Positions 51,401 through 64,000 of a DNA stretch of 64,000 nucleotides are shown one piece after another; position 1 is the first letter of the stretch, and every line of letters starts with the position of its first letter. Made by a program: the position numbers and the translations under genes. The DNA lies in NCBI GenBank assembly GCA_907165135.1, contig OU015566.1, forward strand, positions 11,346,001 through 11,410,000, in the 5' to 3' direction. The notes under the pieces were generated by a model, which was not told the origin of the DNA, ran no database searches, and was given only the letters and a program-made list of their open reading frames with translations. This DNA is from Oikopleura dioica (lineage: Eukaryota; Animalia; Chordata).

Positions 51401-54400
51401 GTCCAAGTGGGCCTTGCTTTCCAGGAAGACCAGGCGGACCTTCTTTGCCGGAGGTACCCTTCTCGCCAGGTTGGCCGATTTCACCTCGACCACCTCGCTG
51501 TCCAGGCTTGCCTCGTCGACCACGTTCACCAGGTCGACCAGATTGTCCAGGGGGACCACGAGAACCATCTTTGCCAGGTTCACCAATAGCACCAGGGGGA
51601 CCAACGTTACCTTTGGCCCCTCGTTCACCTTGGAGACCAACTTGACCATTGATACCCATGTTACCCTTTTCTCCAGGAGATCCGACTGGACCAGGTTCGC
51701 CACGTGGTCCATCTCGACCCTTAGCACCTTCAGGACCTTCTTGACCTCGTTGACCGATAGCACCTGGTGGGCCGGTTGATCCCTTTTGTCCAGCAGCTCC
51801 CTTTTCTCCGTCGTAACCTTGGTCACCCTTCTTACCATTGGCACCAGGATCACCAGCATCACCAACGTCACCCTTGACACCACGAGGGCCAGGATATCCA
51901 GGGGCACCAACATTACCAGGTGGACCAATGTCTCCCTTATTTCCAGGTTTTCCAATAACACCGGGATGTCCAGGAAGTCCATCGGCACCGGGTTGTCCAG
52001 GAAGACCGGGAATACCAGTGGAACCCTTTGGTCCAGGGACACCCATCATACCCTGAGGACCAGGCTGGCCCATAACGCCAGGAGGACCAGGGGGACCGTG
52101 GGGACCATGTTCACCTTGAGGACCTTGAGCACCTTTGGATCCAGGTCGGCCGTTATCACCAGGAAGACCAGGAGGACCTTGAATGCCCTGGAAACCTCGG
52201 ATACCTTTAGGTCCAGCTGGGCCAGGTTCACCTTGAGGTCCGGGAAGACCAGTGTCACCTTGTTCTCCACGTTCACCAGGCTCTCCAGTTTTACCTCGAT
52301 CACCGGTTGGGCCTGGAGGACCTCGATGACCCTTTTCGCCAGGGACACCGGGATATCCAGGAGTACCAGAAGTACCCTTGAGACCAGGAGGACCAGGAGC
52401 ACCTCGAAGACCATTCTTTCCAGCACGACCTCGTCGACCAACCTGACCAGTTGGTCCAGGAATGCCAGGAAGGCCGGGATCTCCATATGGTCCAGGCTCG
52501 CCAGGAAGTCCTTGTTTGCCTTGCTTTCCAGGTGGACCCATTGGACCAGGGTTTCCAGTGAAACCAACTGGGCCAGGTGGACCTTGAAGCGCAAGTCGAG
52601 CTTGTTGAAGAGCCATTTGAGATTGGAGTTCTGCGCGAGCAGCAGCACCAGGTCCCTTGAGCTCATCAGGAGTAGGAAGTCGGAACGGGATCATGATATG
52701 AGTACCAGGGGCACCTTGAATACCCTGAGCACCGTCAAGACCATCACGACCATCATTACCGGGTGGACCAGCTGGGCCCATCATACCAGGGGGACCTTGT
52801 GGGCCTGGAGGTCCACGAGCGCCACCACCTGATGGACTGACAGGACTTGCTGAATCGTAGTCGGGACTGGAGTCGGGAAGGTTAACAATAAGGCTATCGG
52901 AAGTTTTGGCTCCACTATCGCCATAGTTATTGTAGTTGTTGTCATAAGTGCCATAGTTGGAATTGTAGTTGTCATCATAATCGCCATCATCATAGTCACC
53001 ATCATAACTGTCATAGTCGTCAGTAGATGGGACATATGCCTCACCAGTGCCAGAGTCGTATGCAGAGTCAGAGGATGATTGATCTTGGGGGAATGATTGC
53101 GAATCGATGGGTGCAACTCGTGCAGCCATGTTGCTATCATTGTCGCACTTGGTAGTGTACGATGGGTAGTCTCGGCAGAGATTATCCGTTGCCTTGACAG
53201 CAATCATGGGGTCGTCGTACATATCGAGCTGTTGAATGTCACCCTCGAAGACGGCGTCGTTGTTGAATCCGTTGCGACCAAAGTTGACGATACCTCGGGT
53301 TGAGATCTCGCCTGGTCTGGCGTTTCGGACCAGTCGACGGACATCTACCATTTGACAATCGACAAAGAGCTCGGCGATTGACTCGTTTTCGCCAGCACCG
53401 AGGTAGACGCTCCATGCGACTTTGTGCCACTTGCCGTCGGCCAGTGACACTTGCCATTGAGGATCGTCAGCGGAGCTGCCAGAGAACTCGTTGTTGATTC
53501 CATCGCGGTAGATGAGACGTGGGTTGTCGTCCACTTCAATCGCGAATTGAGTCAATCCGGTCTCGTCCATCAAGGAGAAGAGGCTCATTGGAGAACCAGC
53601 TCGCTTCTTGTCCTTGACACGGACTGTGGCAAGGATGGAGAACTCGAGGGGAAAGCCATCGGGCCCAAAAACAGTGTCCGTCGGAACGCTGATCTGAGCC
53701 TTGCGCTTGATTTGGTAAGCAAGTCCATCAGGATTGTCGTTATTCTAAATAAAGATATCAAAATGAAAGCTTCTTGGATAGTTCTCAAGCGCGCAATGGA
53801 GAGGAAACGGTCATCCTGACGGTTTTGCCGTTATTGGACTCATTAATAATCGTAAAAGTGATGAGAGAGCCTAATGACTCTCATGTCTGAACTTGGGATT
53901 GATGGCCTAAGAAATGTTTATTTAGTCAAACGCAGCGTTTCAAACGCTACTTGATTTCAAAGTATCAATTAAATTCCTAAAGGTGCGTGAATTCTATTAA
54001 AAAGATCACACGAGGGAATTTCAAAATTTCTCGTGTAATAAAACTCTACGGAAAGAGTACCCTCTTTTCTTTTACTACCGAGCGATAAACCCTCATGAAA
54101 AGCCTTTTCAAGTCAAATTAACTCCCTCATAATCCTTTGCGCACTTGTTTAAATTTGCCCATTTGGCGTTTTGTCAGCGAAATCTCGCGTCAAATCAAAA
54201 TTTGCTTTCTTACCTCGCCACAATAGTTTTCTCTTGAGGCTTTTATTCCGGTCTGATAGGGAGTTTCTTGATCGTGAACAAGTCCAGTAGATCCCATTTG
54301 ACAGGGTCTCGGTATGACGAGTCATAATCGTCTGCCGAAACACCGCCTTTGAGTCCTAGATGGACCAGTGTCCAGAGGATGCCGCGTTTCCATTTTACAT

Positions 54401-54407
54401 CCGGCAT
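48485..54407 (-). CDS. Clade B (type V/XI-like) fibrillar collagen: signal, TSPN, acidic variable region, minor and major helix, COLFI; one apparent frameshift in exon 1
   Basis: TSPN motifs [10 protein letters not shown] and [10 protein letters not shown], ~1000 aa of Gly-X-Y, furin site RKRR, and COLFI motifs [17 protein letters not shown] and [17 protein letters not shown]; stop at 48485-48487. Confidence 0.95.
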
Positions 54408-56483
54408 TATCGTATACACATGATCCTAGGGGTAGGCCAGCGTGGACCGAAATGGGATAGAAAATTATAATCTCAATTTGGTTCTCCTCTATGATTTCAT
54501 CATTTATAAATTAAAGTTTTCTCAATATTTGTCCTTCAAACTTTTAAATTAAATATTTTGAGAATTGAATTTTCTATCCCAATCTCTCGCTTAGCCCCTT
54601 TTTACTATGGAGCAGCGGCTTACCGGTAGACTTTTGACTGGTTGAGAAGTTGAACTTTTCCCCTCTCTCTTAAAGTTGGTCTATATCCAAAAATGAGGAT
54701 CGAGGTGTTGCTCTTGTTTCTCAGCCAGTTCCTGTACGGAGATCGTAGCAAACTGATCGCCGATAGCTCTACGTGGCGACTCTAGGGCGAGGGCATCCTT
54801 GATATAGCCCCATCGCGCGCATCACCTTGCGGGCACAGTCCAGCGCCCAAATACTCCAGCTTAATTATCACCAAAGCTCTAATAAGCTCGTTGACACCTT
54901 TGTACCAAAACTTTAAAAAGTTTTGAGCCTCTCGGACTTCCCAGGTTCATCTGTCGGATGTAAACACTTATCGATCATAAAATTGTCGATTCTTGTAAAT
55001 CTTTCGTCTAGCAAAAATAATTCAATATTGGTAAACAAATTAAACAAGAACTCAAACCAAAAGTTCATAGACCCATCGAACCATTCGATGAAATAGCCTA
55101 ACGGAAACTCTTCAAGATGTTCATCAACCAGCTAAATTCATGCGTAACTTTTCTACCTACCTACTTTCATAAGTCCTGCTAATCCAACCTTATTCTGTCT
55201 TTGCGAGAAAATTTCACCTTGTCAAAATTGCCCGGCGAGGAAAACAACTGGCGAAATATCTGTGGCGTAAAGGCTTTCTGACATTGTCACCTGGTAAAAA
55301 GTTCAACGTGTTAAAAAGCTATCAACAAATATTTATATTTTGAAATCAACAGACTCATTGTTGTCTTTGAAATTTCATAACTCGACTACAATTGATTGAG
55401 TTGTATTCAAGCGGCTCTTTCCTGGATAGCTGCAGTTGAACAATATACAGTCTCTCAAAATGCAGTGATATTGAATTGACCAGGCATTGATAGACCAAAG
55501 AGGTCTATTTCTGGGACAAGGGACAAATGAGTGAGAATGCGTTGTATCTAAACTCATTCGGGTAAAAGTGAGTGAAGTGGCATTCAAGTGCAGTTCGATC
55601 AAATGAGAAAACACGGACAACAGAAAGCTTCTTTTTCGTAGAGTCCCTCTTTCTGTTTTTAGATTATATTTCGGGAATTCAACAACAAGTAACGATTAAT
55701 ACTTGTCAAGCCCATTTAATTTCCTTGGAAACTCGAATCTCATACCATCAATTGTTCAAAACAAAAGTCTCCTAGCCATGCTTCAGTGGAAAGCCGGGCG
55801 AAGTAATTATCTCACTAAAGTCTGAAAGAAAGGTTGAGCAAATAAAAGTAGATCTAATTTGGTACTTATCTATCAGAATACTTTTCTTGACAACAACGGA
55901 CTCTTCTTTGCCTATCATCCAAATAAAGAAATACAAATACAGAAAATAAAGAAGAATACAAAACTACTCAAAACTTTCAGAATCATGGTAAATTAACTTT
56001 GAAGATGAGGCTATTACGCTATATTTGATATTCATCCAAAGTCAATCAAGCAGTTTATGACGACAAATTTTTCCGGGAAGTCGCAAAAAAATTATTTGAT
56101 GAACCAAGTTTTCAAAAAAAAAGTTCAGTTCTCAATCATTCCAGAATAAATTGAAGATGATGACGTTTCATCACTCCTCATTCGAACGAGGGTTCTTAAT
56201 TTGGTCGAGTGATTGATCTCTGTGCCGGCCGGATGGCGAGATCAAATATTTGTCAACCTTGCCACGTGACACTCTAACCTTTTTCTACTTCCCGGTTCAT
56301 GACCGTGCTACCCGAAAAAGATGAAATCTTCCTTGATTTCCACGTATATTTCGTGTCAATCTTCCATCTTGCATAATTGTTGATACGACCGTGGCTTATC
56401 GGCGAAAAATTATCAATGTTAATATTCCGAATTTTTCAAACGAGCAGAAGCGGACCTCGATTATTATCGAATAGTCCTACATA

Positions 56484-57476
56484 ATGAATTATGATAGCCC
56501 GTTCTTGATTTTAACTTTACTTTTACTTTGCTTACTGAGGATCGCGAGAATAGAATTCACAGAAGAGAACATTGGAATCGCTTCTTTGATGAGTCTCAAA
56601 AAGTTAGAGAAATCAAAAACCGAGACGCTAAAATTTTACGACTTATCGAAGCCATTTTCAAAGGAAAATGAAGTCTTCGAAATTCAAGAAGCAAGACGAA
56701 AAAGAATTGAAACATTTTGCTCGGAAAAACGAAGCGACGATTTTCTACCTCAAGATTCCTTACGTTTTACAAAAGTAGGAGGCTTCTTTTGCGCTCTCCA
56801 AGATGATAAATGGTTGAATACATTCTCCTTTCGTATTTCTCAAAAGATGCCCAAGTTTGAGTCAATTTACGAATTCACTACAGAGGACGTCCAAAATCCA
56901 CCAGCGTATATAATGACCGAAGACCCTATCAAGCGATTTTTGAGATATTATCACGCAAATGCTCGATCATCAACGTATTCTGAAGCTTTAAGAATAGTAA
57001 TAAATATTTATTTATAGCAAAAAGCCTTCAAAATTCATCCTTTCTGCGATAAAATGGAAATACTCAATCCTCATTCCTGATGGAATAAAGGTTTCTGTTG
57101 ATTTGAGCATCGATGAATTCGCGAAGTTTTTTCTTCTGACTGCAAAATCGAATCAAACTGAAATCCCTCTATCGCTCAAGAAGCAAGGTGAAAGAAATCG
57201 TTACCTTGATTTATTTACATTATTTCAGTCGACAAATGCCATATTTGCAGCACACAGCCAAAATTTCAAGCAAAAATTGAAACCGTGTCAGAAGATATGA
57301 AATTTCTGTACGATCAGTTCAATATTCCCGCTCCCCATCAAAAAGAAAAGGACGAGAAAAATTATATTGACCTGTATAAACCGAAACTGAGCACGTCTTT
57401 ACTGAAAGAACTTTTAGAGTTTTACAAAGATGATTACTCTACGTTTGATTACAACGCAGATCAGTACCTAAAATAA
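56484..57476 (+). CDS. Golgi type-II carbohydrate sulfotransferase-like protein (HNK-1ST/CHST fold), divergent
   Basis: N-terminal TM, RRKRIETFC, EDPIKRFLRYY (cf. RDPxxRLxSAY), CxxC and C-terminal FYKDDYSTFDY. Confidence 0.65.
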
Positions 57477-57556
57477 ATTTCTCCCGAATAACTCGACTTG
57501 CAAAAGAAACGGATAATTAGCATGAGAAAGAAATGAAAATTTATTCAGAGTACTGA

Positions 57557-58537
57557 TCAAAATAGTTGAGAAAACCAAGAAATAATTTGTTGAAAGAAAT
57601 TCCCAGATCCAGATGCAGGATCAACAGTTTTTCGAATCCAGTTTTTCGTAGAACGGTGGGCAGTAGAAGAATAGATTCCGGGAAATCCTTCAAAGGCACA
57701 TCCATAGCCCCAAGAAACGACGCCGACGAGAGCTGCTTGTCCGTCGACATTACAAATCAAAGGCCCGCCAGAGTCACCCTGGCAAGAATCAACACCACCG
57801 TCTGTTAGCCCATCTACGTTGCTATCGAGTTTTCCAGCGCAGATCATTTCTTTTGTCAAGCTGTAGTAGGGATAGTTTGTCTTCGCTCGGCAGTAGCTCT
57901 TGTCCATAATATGAACATTAGCTTGCAAAAGTGGATCAGAAATGGAACCGCCGGCGCTTGTTGTTCCCCACCCGGCGATCCAGCAGTTTGACGCATGTTT
58001 TGGAATAGTATTGGTCAAACAGGCCATGTGAACATTTTTCTCTGGATCCAAAGCGATGATGTCTTCGGAGAATTCGATCAGGCAGACATCAAATCGTGGA
58101 GCACCAAAACTTGACTTTCGATATTTTGGATGGTTGAAGAAATTGTAGGAGCGAAGAGTATACTCGCTTGAATCTTGTGTAGTTATCACACAATCGCCGA
58201 AAGTAGCATCGATCCAGCGAGCTCCTTCGCAGCAGTGAGCAGCGCTGTGAAAAATTTTAAAAGATAAGGTCAAGGCCTGCTCAGTGAGCAGTGCTCACCT
58301 TAGAACCCATTTATTGTCAATGACAGTTCCCCCGCACAGCATTTGCTGCCCATTCTGGTTTTCGATGATGAGTCTTACGAGGTAGGGCCATTGATTTTCT
58401 CCTGCAGCGATTCCACCGACGATTTTGGTCGAGTTAGCGAACCGGCCATCGAAGTTAGACTCGTTAGTGCATGTCTGAAGGCTTGGAATACCACTTGTTT
58501 GGGCTTGAAGACCAAGTAAAAATACCAAAAAAATCAT
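57557..58537 (-). CDS. Trypsin-like serine protease (S1A), 2 exons
   Basis: Signal peptide, activation site K|IVGG, SAAHC, FDVCL, and DSCQGDSGGP with the S1 Asp. Confidence 0.95.
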
Positions 58538-59089
58538 ATTTTTAAATGACAGCCTCGAAAGAAAACGGGGGATATTTATGGGAGCTCAAAGACTATTTAT
58601 CCGGAAAAGAATAAGAATTGGTTCTGTAGGACAAGCTGGAAAAGAAACCGGCTTTGAATGAGGTCGAAGAATCTGAATATTTGAACAGCACCGCAAAAAG
58701 CTCCTATCCTAGGATTATCTTAGTCTAGGAAAACTCAAAATTTTCCACTTAGACTCACTTTTCTTGCTCCTAACTATCTATTGTATTAAAATTCTCTTTG
58801 TCTTTTTTTCAACAAAAATTCATTAAATTATGTTCCCCATCGATATAAGCAAATAAAAGATGAGTGAATAACGCGCCCTAGGGGAAATAAAGAAGGATAC
58901 ATCCTAAGGCGCGAATTTATCATCTGTGTTCATTCATGCTGTCAGGCGCGTATTCCATTAGTATCACATTACTGTCAGTGCATTTCGTGTCTTTCCAATT
59001 TATTTCGGCCACAATACACCCGCTCGATTTCAATTCGCAGAACTCAGAACTCAGAGATTAGAAGCAAACCCAAAACCAATTTTTCAACT

Positions 59090-61779
59090 ATGGAGAAGCA
59101 GACTTTCAAGAAGCATTATCTCTCGCCAGAATCATGCAAAGTTTTATTCAGGGATTCAAAATAGCTCAAAATAACTGGCTCTGAGCATGCTGATCATTTA
59201 GTGGCAGAGTCATTAATATGAAATTAATTATTCCATTCGAATTCTAATGAAGCAATAGATGAATTCATACAAATATCAGCCGGCGCTCCAAAACCAAATC
59301 CACGTGCTATATCAGCGTGAGTCTAATTTTTACAGACTTTTTCAGAATTAATTTTTTAAAAATTCATTTCATGGCAATATCTAGCTCTTCTTGCGCAGGA
59401 AAATTGAAAAAGAGAAAAAGAAATGATGAAAATTATTTCTACTAAAATATTCTTTCATCAATAAAAGATTTGCTCTCTGCTTCGGTGAAATTCGCAGATG
59501 ACTCGACCAGGACGTCGAAATTTTCCAGCTACTCGGATCTCAAGATTGAAATTGAAGATCCTCCCAAGTCACCAAAGCAGCAAGAGTTCGCCTTCCCCAA
59601 TTCGGTTCAGGTAGATGCGGCGCTAGATAAAAAGGGTTTATTTTTTAAGGAAATGATTTCACTGACCGACAAAAAGTTTAAATTCTACGCATCCTGCCCC
59701 TGCGATCAGTCTTTTATGCTCATCTTTGGAATGCTTTCAATTTATTTACTGTATATTTTCTGCGGCAATTATTTGAAAAATGGAAATTTACAGAAAGAGC
59801 TAGACTAATAAATTATGTCAAAGAGCCGGTCTGGCGGACATTCATGTAATTTGCACACTTCCGAGTACAATTTCACCAAATTACAAAAAAAAATGGATAT
59901 TCATTCAACTCACTTGGCCTCATCCAAAATTTCACTTTTTTTATCAAAATTTGAATGTTTTCAGTAATCAGAGATCTTCTTGAGAAATTCTTCTATGTCT
60001 TCTTTTTATCCCTTTTTGCACCAATATACTGTATTTGGATGGTTTTATGGGGAGTAAAGTTAGGCTATTTGGCAATGGTGTATGTTTCAAAATTGAGAAG
60101 TTTTGGGTACAGACCGTTTTCAAAAATGGGGCTCATTTCAAGAAAACATCCGAATGTCTATGATGTGGTTTCGGTTTCTACGTGGGCAGACCTTGAATTT
60201 GTTTATCATCGGCAAGAGTTTATAACTTAAAATTGCCTATTTCTGAAATATTGATTTATCTTAAATAAACTCCTTGAAGATCAGCCTGTTATCTCAGAAG
60301 AATGGCCAGCTCCACTGCTCAGAATTTGGCGGCTCTTTTTGCTGGAAAATTGAAGCCGTCTGTGTTATCAGACAGAGAAATCATCAATTTCTTCTTGCAC
60401 ACTGGTGCTGCCTCGTATCTAAAATACGACAAGAGGAAGAAGGTCTTTGGATATTGCTTCGAGTACATAAAGTCGTACATTCTGCACAAAGGATACTACC
60501 TAGACGTCCGAGAAGTGAGATTCACGAAGGAAGAGGTGATAGCGATTGCTGCTGGTGGAAAAATTTATTTCAAATCGAAAGTCTCTGCGGCCGATTGGAA
60601 GCTTCTCAAGCTGCATCTTCAGACTATCATGGGTTTTATGATTCCCGCCACTCAGCACAACTGGGTCCATTTTTGCCTTCCTTCCGCCGTCGCCGTCAAC
60701 TGCGAAAAGCTCCTCCCAAAGACTTCTGTGCTCAGGCAACTGGTTGAGCCACATTACAGATTCACAGAGCGCCTCAATCATCAAGCGCTCTTCGTTTGTC
60801 ACTCCTCTGACAATCGGAACTCGTTCTTTGACAAATATCTCAAACCCTGGCTTGCATTTCCCATGACCAAAGAGGTGTTCATCGAGCAGCTAAGTAAGGA
60901 ATGCCAGCGGTACTACAATAAGCGACCCGAAGAGTTCTGCCCCTCGCCATTTTTGCACGATGAAAATTTGATCGACATTCCGTGAGAGAGCTTTATCCAT
61001 TTAATTTTCAATATTTACCTAGATACATAAAGATGTTGAGAAAGTATCACAGCGTTGTCAGAAGATTTGTCTGCCAAGTCGCTCTTTTTATCGATCCCGA
61101 AGGAAAGAATTTAAGAATATGCAGCAGTAATTTCAATACAGTATTCCTCAATTCTATAAGAATGGCAAATAATTGCTGAAAGTATTGGGATAACACTTTC
61201 TGGAATCGAAGTCCTTCCTATGGCCGATCTTCTGACCACCTTCATTTGGCAAGTTTCAGTCGTCCATTCTTTGGATCACGAAATCTATGTCAATATGCTG
61301 AGTCGAAATTATCCGTGGTCTCTTGCTATCAACGGTTTGCATACGATTTTATCAAACAACAAAATTTTTTGCAGTTCCTTTCGAACCATACTCAAATACA
61401 AAGTTTTGGGAAGATTTCTGTGAAGAGAGAGGTTTGAAGCTTGCTGAAATCATGAAGGATCCTGCTAGAAAATTAATCACTTCGGTAGAGTTTCGCAAGA
61501 AATAACCGACTAAATCCGCTTTTTTAGGGCGATTGCCTCAGATCAGCTTCGTTTGCTCAAGTTTGGGCAACTTTCATCCCTCCTCTTTTCAACGAAAAGG
61601 CTTTACAGTTGACATCTGTCGCATATCAGTTCGAAGACAGAGAGTTACAGCAAGCTGCCAAAAGCTTCAAGGCAAATTTGATTGCTGCTGAGCAAGAGCT
61701 GCGCGAAGAGTTCGAAAAAGACGGCGAATTAGAATATTTTTCTGGCTTGGATTGTATTCGACAATCCATTTGCTTTTAA
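59090..61779 (+). CDS. Atypical lipoxygenase-like protein (5' end uncertain)
   Basis: WKLLK...QHNWVHF...LPKTSVLRQLVEPHYRFTERLN and FIWQVSVVHSLDH match the LOX iron-ligand helices. The C-terminus is CIRQSICF*. Confidence 0.75.
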
Positions 61780-62934
61780 TAAACTTTGAAACAAAAAAAA
61801 AAATAGAACAAGAAAACTGGTAATGAATTTTTTCGAAGTTATGTGCATGTAATTGCCCTGTAAGGTGCGCTTGTGTGGTTGGATTTCTCTGCGATGGAAA
61901 ACCGCAGGCGCTTTTGTCCCGGCGCGGGTGATTATGCCAAAAACAAAAATTGTCGTCGCGTACTAAGTGAGAGTGTATTTTGGGTGGTGTAAATTCATTC
62001 AATCAAAAAGAGATAGATCGGTAGGGGTGTAGGTGGAGGTGCACAGATCGGCGATATTCGACACCAGACTCAGCAGCATCAGGACTGCTCCCCACTAGCA
62101 GCACCCCTGCCTCTCGCACCCTCCGCCCACCTAAAAACCTTCGACGCTACAACTCATCAATCCTAATCATCAAAAGCTTAATAAGTCAACCAAAGCGCTA
62201 ATAATCAAACACATCACTAGAAAAAAATATTTACAGAGAAGAAATTAAAGAAACTGTATTTGGAAGTTCAACTTAACAATTTCAAGTAGGTATAATTTCA
62301 TATGAATTATTCAATTTACACATAATAAAAGGGGTTCTTAAAAATTCAAAAGGAAAGTTAAAATGGTTTTCTATAGTTGACTTTATTTTATCAGAACAAT
62401 AATGCTCTATTCATTGAATAAAAAAAACAAGAAAATCATCATTTCCTACTCCAATTTTTGATAAATTTTCTTCATAAAAACGCATTTGTTTTCGTTCTCC
62501 CAATTAGAAGCTCTGCGCGTTCACTTTATCAGCAGTTTAAATCACCACGGGGAAAGTCCCTGCACAAGGGGCCCAATTGAAACGTGTTCATGCAAAAAGG
62601 TTTACGTTGACCAGCCCACTTGACTTTTACGAACCCCAGTAATCAAAAAACACGTAACAAGATCAGAAAATTAATAAATGATTTAGGAAGAGCGAGTCTT
62701 GCAAGCTGAAAGAATAAAAAAAAACGCGGCGGGAGATGACAACGTGATAATGCGTCAGTTGTAGTGGTCACACTTGTGATCAACTCAAGTCCCAAAGTCC
62801 AAAATTACATTCCAAAGGACTCAGAGGACTCATTATGAGGAACGGGCCTTGAACAGAAAAAGGTTGAATCAGAGAGAATAAAAAATTGTTAAAAAAGAGA
62901 GTTTGAGGACCCAAGAAATAGTCCAAAAGCCGAC

Positions 62935-64000
62935 ATGACGAAGAGAAAATTAGTTGTTGTAGGAAACAGTTTTAAAATCATTCAACTGAAGGTTACTCAT
63001 GGTCAGGAAAATAGGTGGTACACTTGTGAATGAGGTTATTCTTTTTTAAAACTGTTAAAAAGGCGATGGAGCTTGTGGCAAAACCTGTCTTCTTATCGTT
63101 TTCAGCAGGGATGAGTTTCCCCGAGCGTAAGTGTTCGCCTCAATTATTCCCAATTTCCACACAGCTTTAGATACATTCCAACTGTATTTGACACGTATAT
63201 TTCGCAGATGGAAGTCGGCGGCAGAGAAGTTCAACTTACACTTTGGGACACGGCCGGGCAAGAGGAATTTGACCGTCTTCGGCCGCTGAGCTATCCTGAC
63301 ACTGGTAAGGAAGTTTGATTCGCACGCCCCTAAATGCAAAAAAATGAGATAGACAGGAGAGTTTCAACAAGTTTTTACTGATTGATTGATTGACACGACG
63401 CTCAAACCTATTTTTAAAAATGATTCTGATGTGGTTATTTGTAATTATAAACAGTTCATCAAGAGTCTTTTCATCAAAGAGTAAAATTGGCAAAGCTCCT
63501 TCAAAATGTCAACACTTTTTTTCCTTCAATTAGATCAAAATTTTTTGCTTCGATCTGAAATAAATTTTCAGATGTTATTCTGATCTGTTTCTCCGTCGAT
63601 TCCCGCGACTCACTAGAAAACGTATCAAGAATATGGGTGCCTGAAATAATGCATTTCTGCCCCAACATCCCCTTCATTCTTGTGGCGAATAAATCCGACC
63701 TGCGCGACGAAGACAAGGACCATATAACGTAAGTTTTTAAGTGGATGTTATTCATGAAAATGATTTTCTACCTGATCCCCTGCGGCCGGTAAATATTTTT
63801 GGTTGGTGGTTTTTTGGAGCTCCGAAAACCTGAAAAGACAGTCAATTAGCGCTCGTCCTCGCAGTAGATTCCCTCTAATTACATAATTACGAAAAATGTC
63901 TAAAAGCACGCCAGGCAGGTGATATAGAGCCATTTAGGTACGAGGAAGGGCTAAGTGTTGCCAACCAAATCAAGGCGCAAGGATATCTTGAATGCTCAGC
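62935..64000 (+). CDS. RhoA-like small GTPase (truncated by window end)
   Basis: [58 protein letters not shown] and YLECSA. Confidence 0.93.

Noticed and set aside
49514-52832. Long alternative-frame and antisense ORFs (up to 499 aa) over the collagen
   Set aside because: They are by-products of stop-poor GGN-CCN Gly-X-Y codon periodicity.

Overview
This is a very gene-dense eukaryotic window with many 40-100 nt introns, frequent non-canonical GA-AG and GC-AG introns, and probable operon/trans-splicing signatures. These traits point to a larvacean tunicate, most likely Oikopleura dioica (inferred from sequence style only). Genes in order: OPA1-like dynamin (+), beta-arrestin (+), enoyl-CoA isomerase (+), multi-C2H2 zinc finger (+), coiled-coil/RS-rich orphan (+), BTBD9 (+), an unusual PA-domain/TM/tyrosine-kinase receptor (-), a CHIC/Erf4-like protein (-), a modular astacin (+), a small secreted orphan (-), class II PI3K (+), a catalytically dead sPLA2-like protein (-), Mondo/ChREBP (-), a vWA-collagen (-), a clade-B fibrillar collagen (-), a sulfotransferase-like protein (+), a trypsin (-), an atypical lipoxygenase (+) and a RhoA-like GTPase running off the window (+). 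Three antisense orphan genes are nested in enlarged introns, one resembling a peptide precursor. A 594-bp foldback DNA transposon with an 8-bp TSD lies between the two collagens. The best novelty candidate is the receptor tyrosine kinase whose ectodomain looks like the PA domain of PA-TM-RING E3 ligases. All exon models were built by eye, so some boundaries are approximate.
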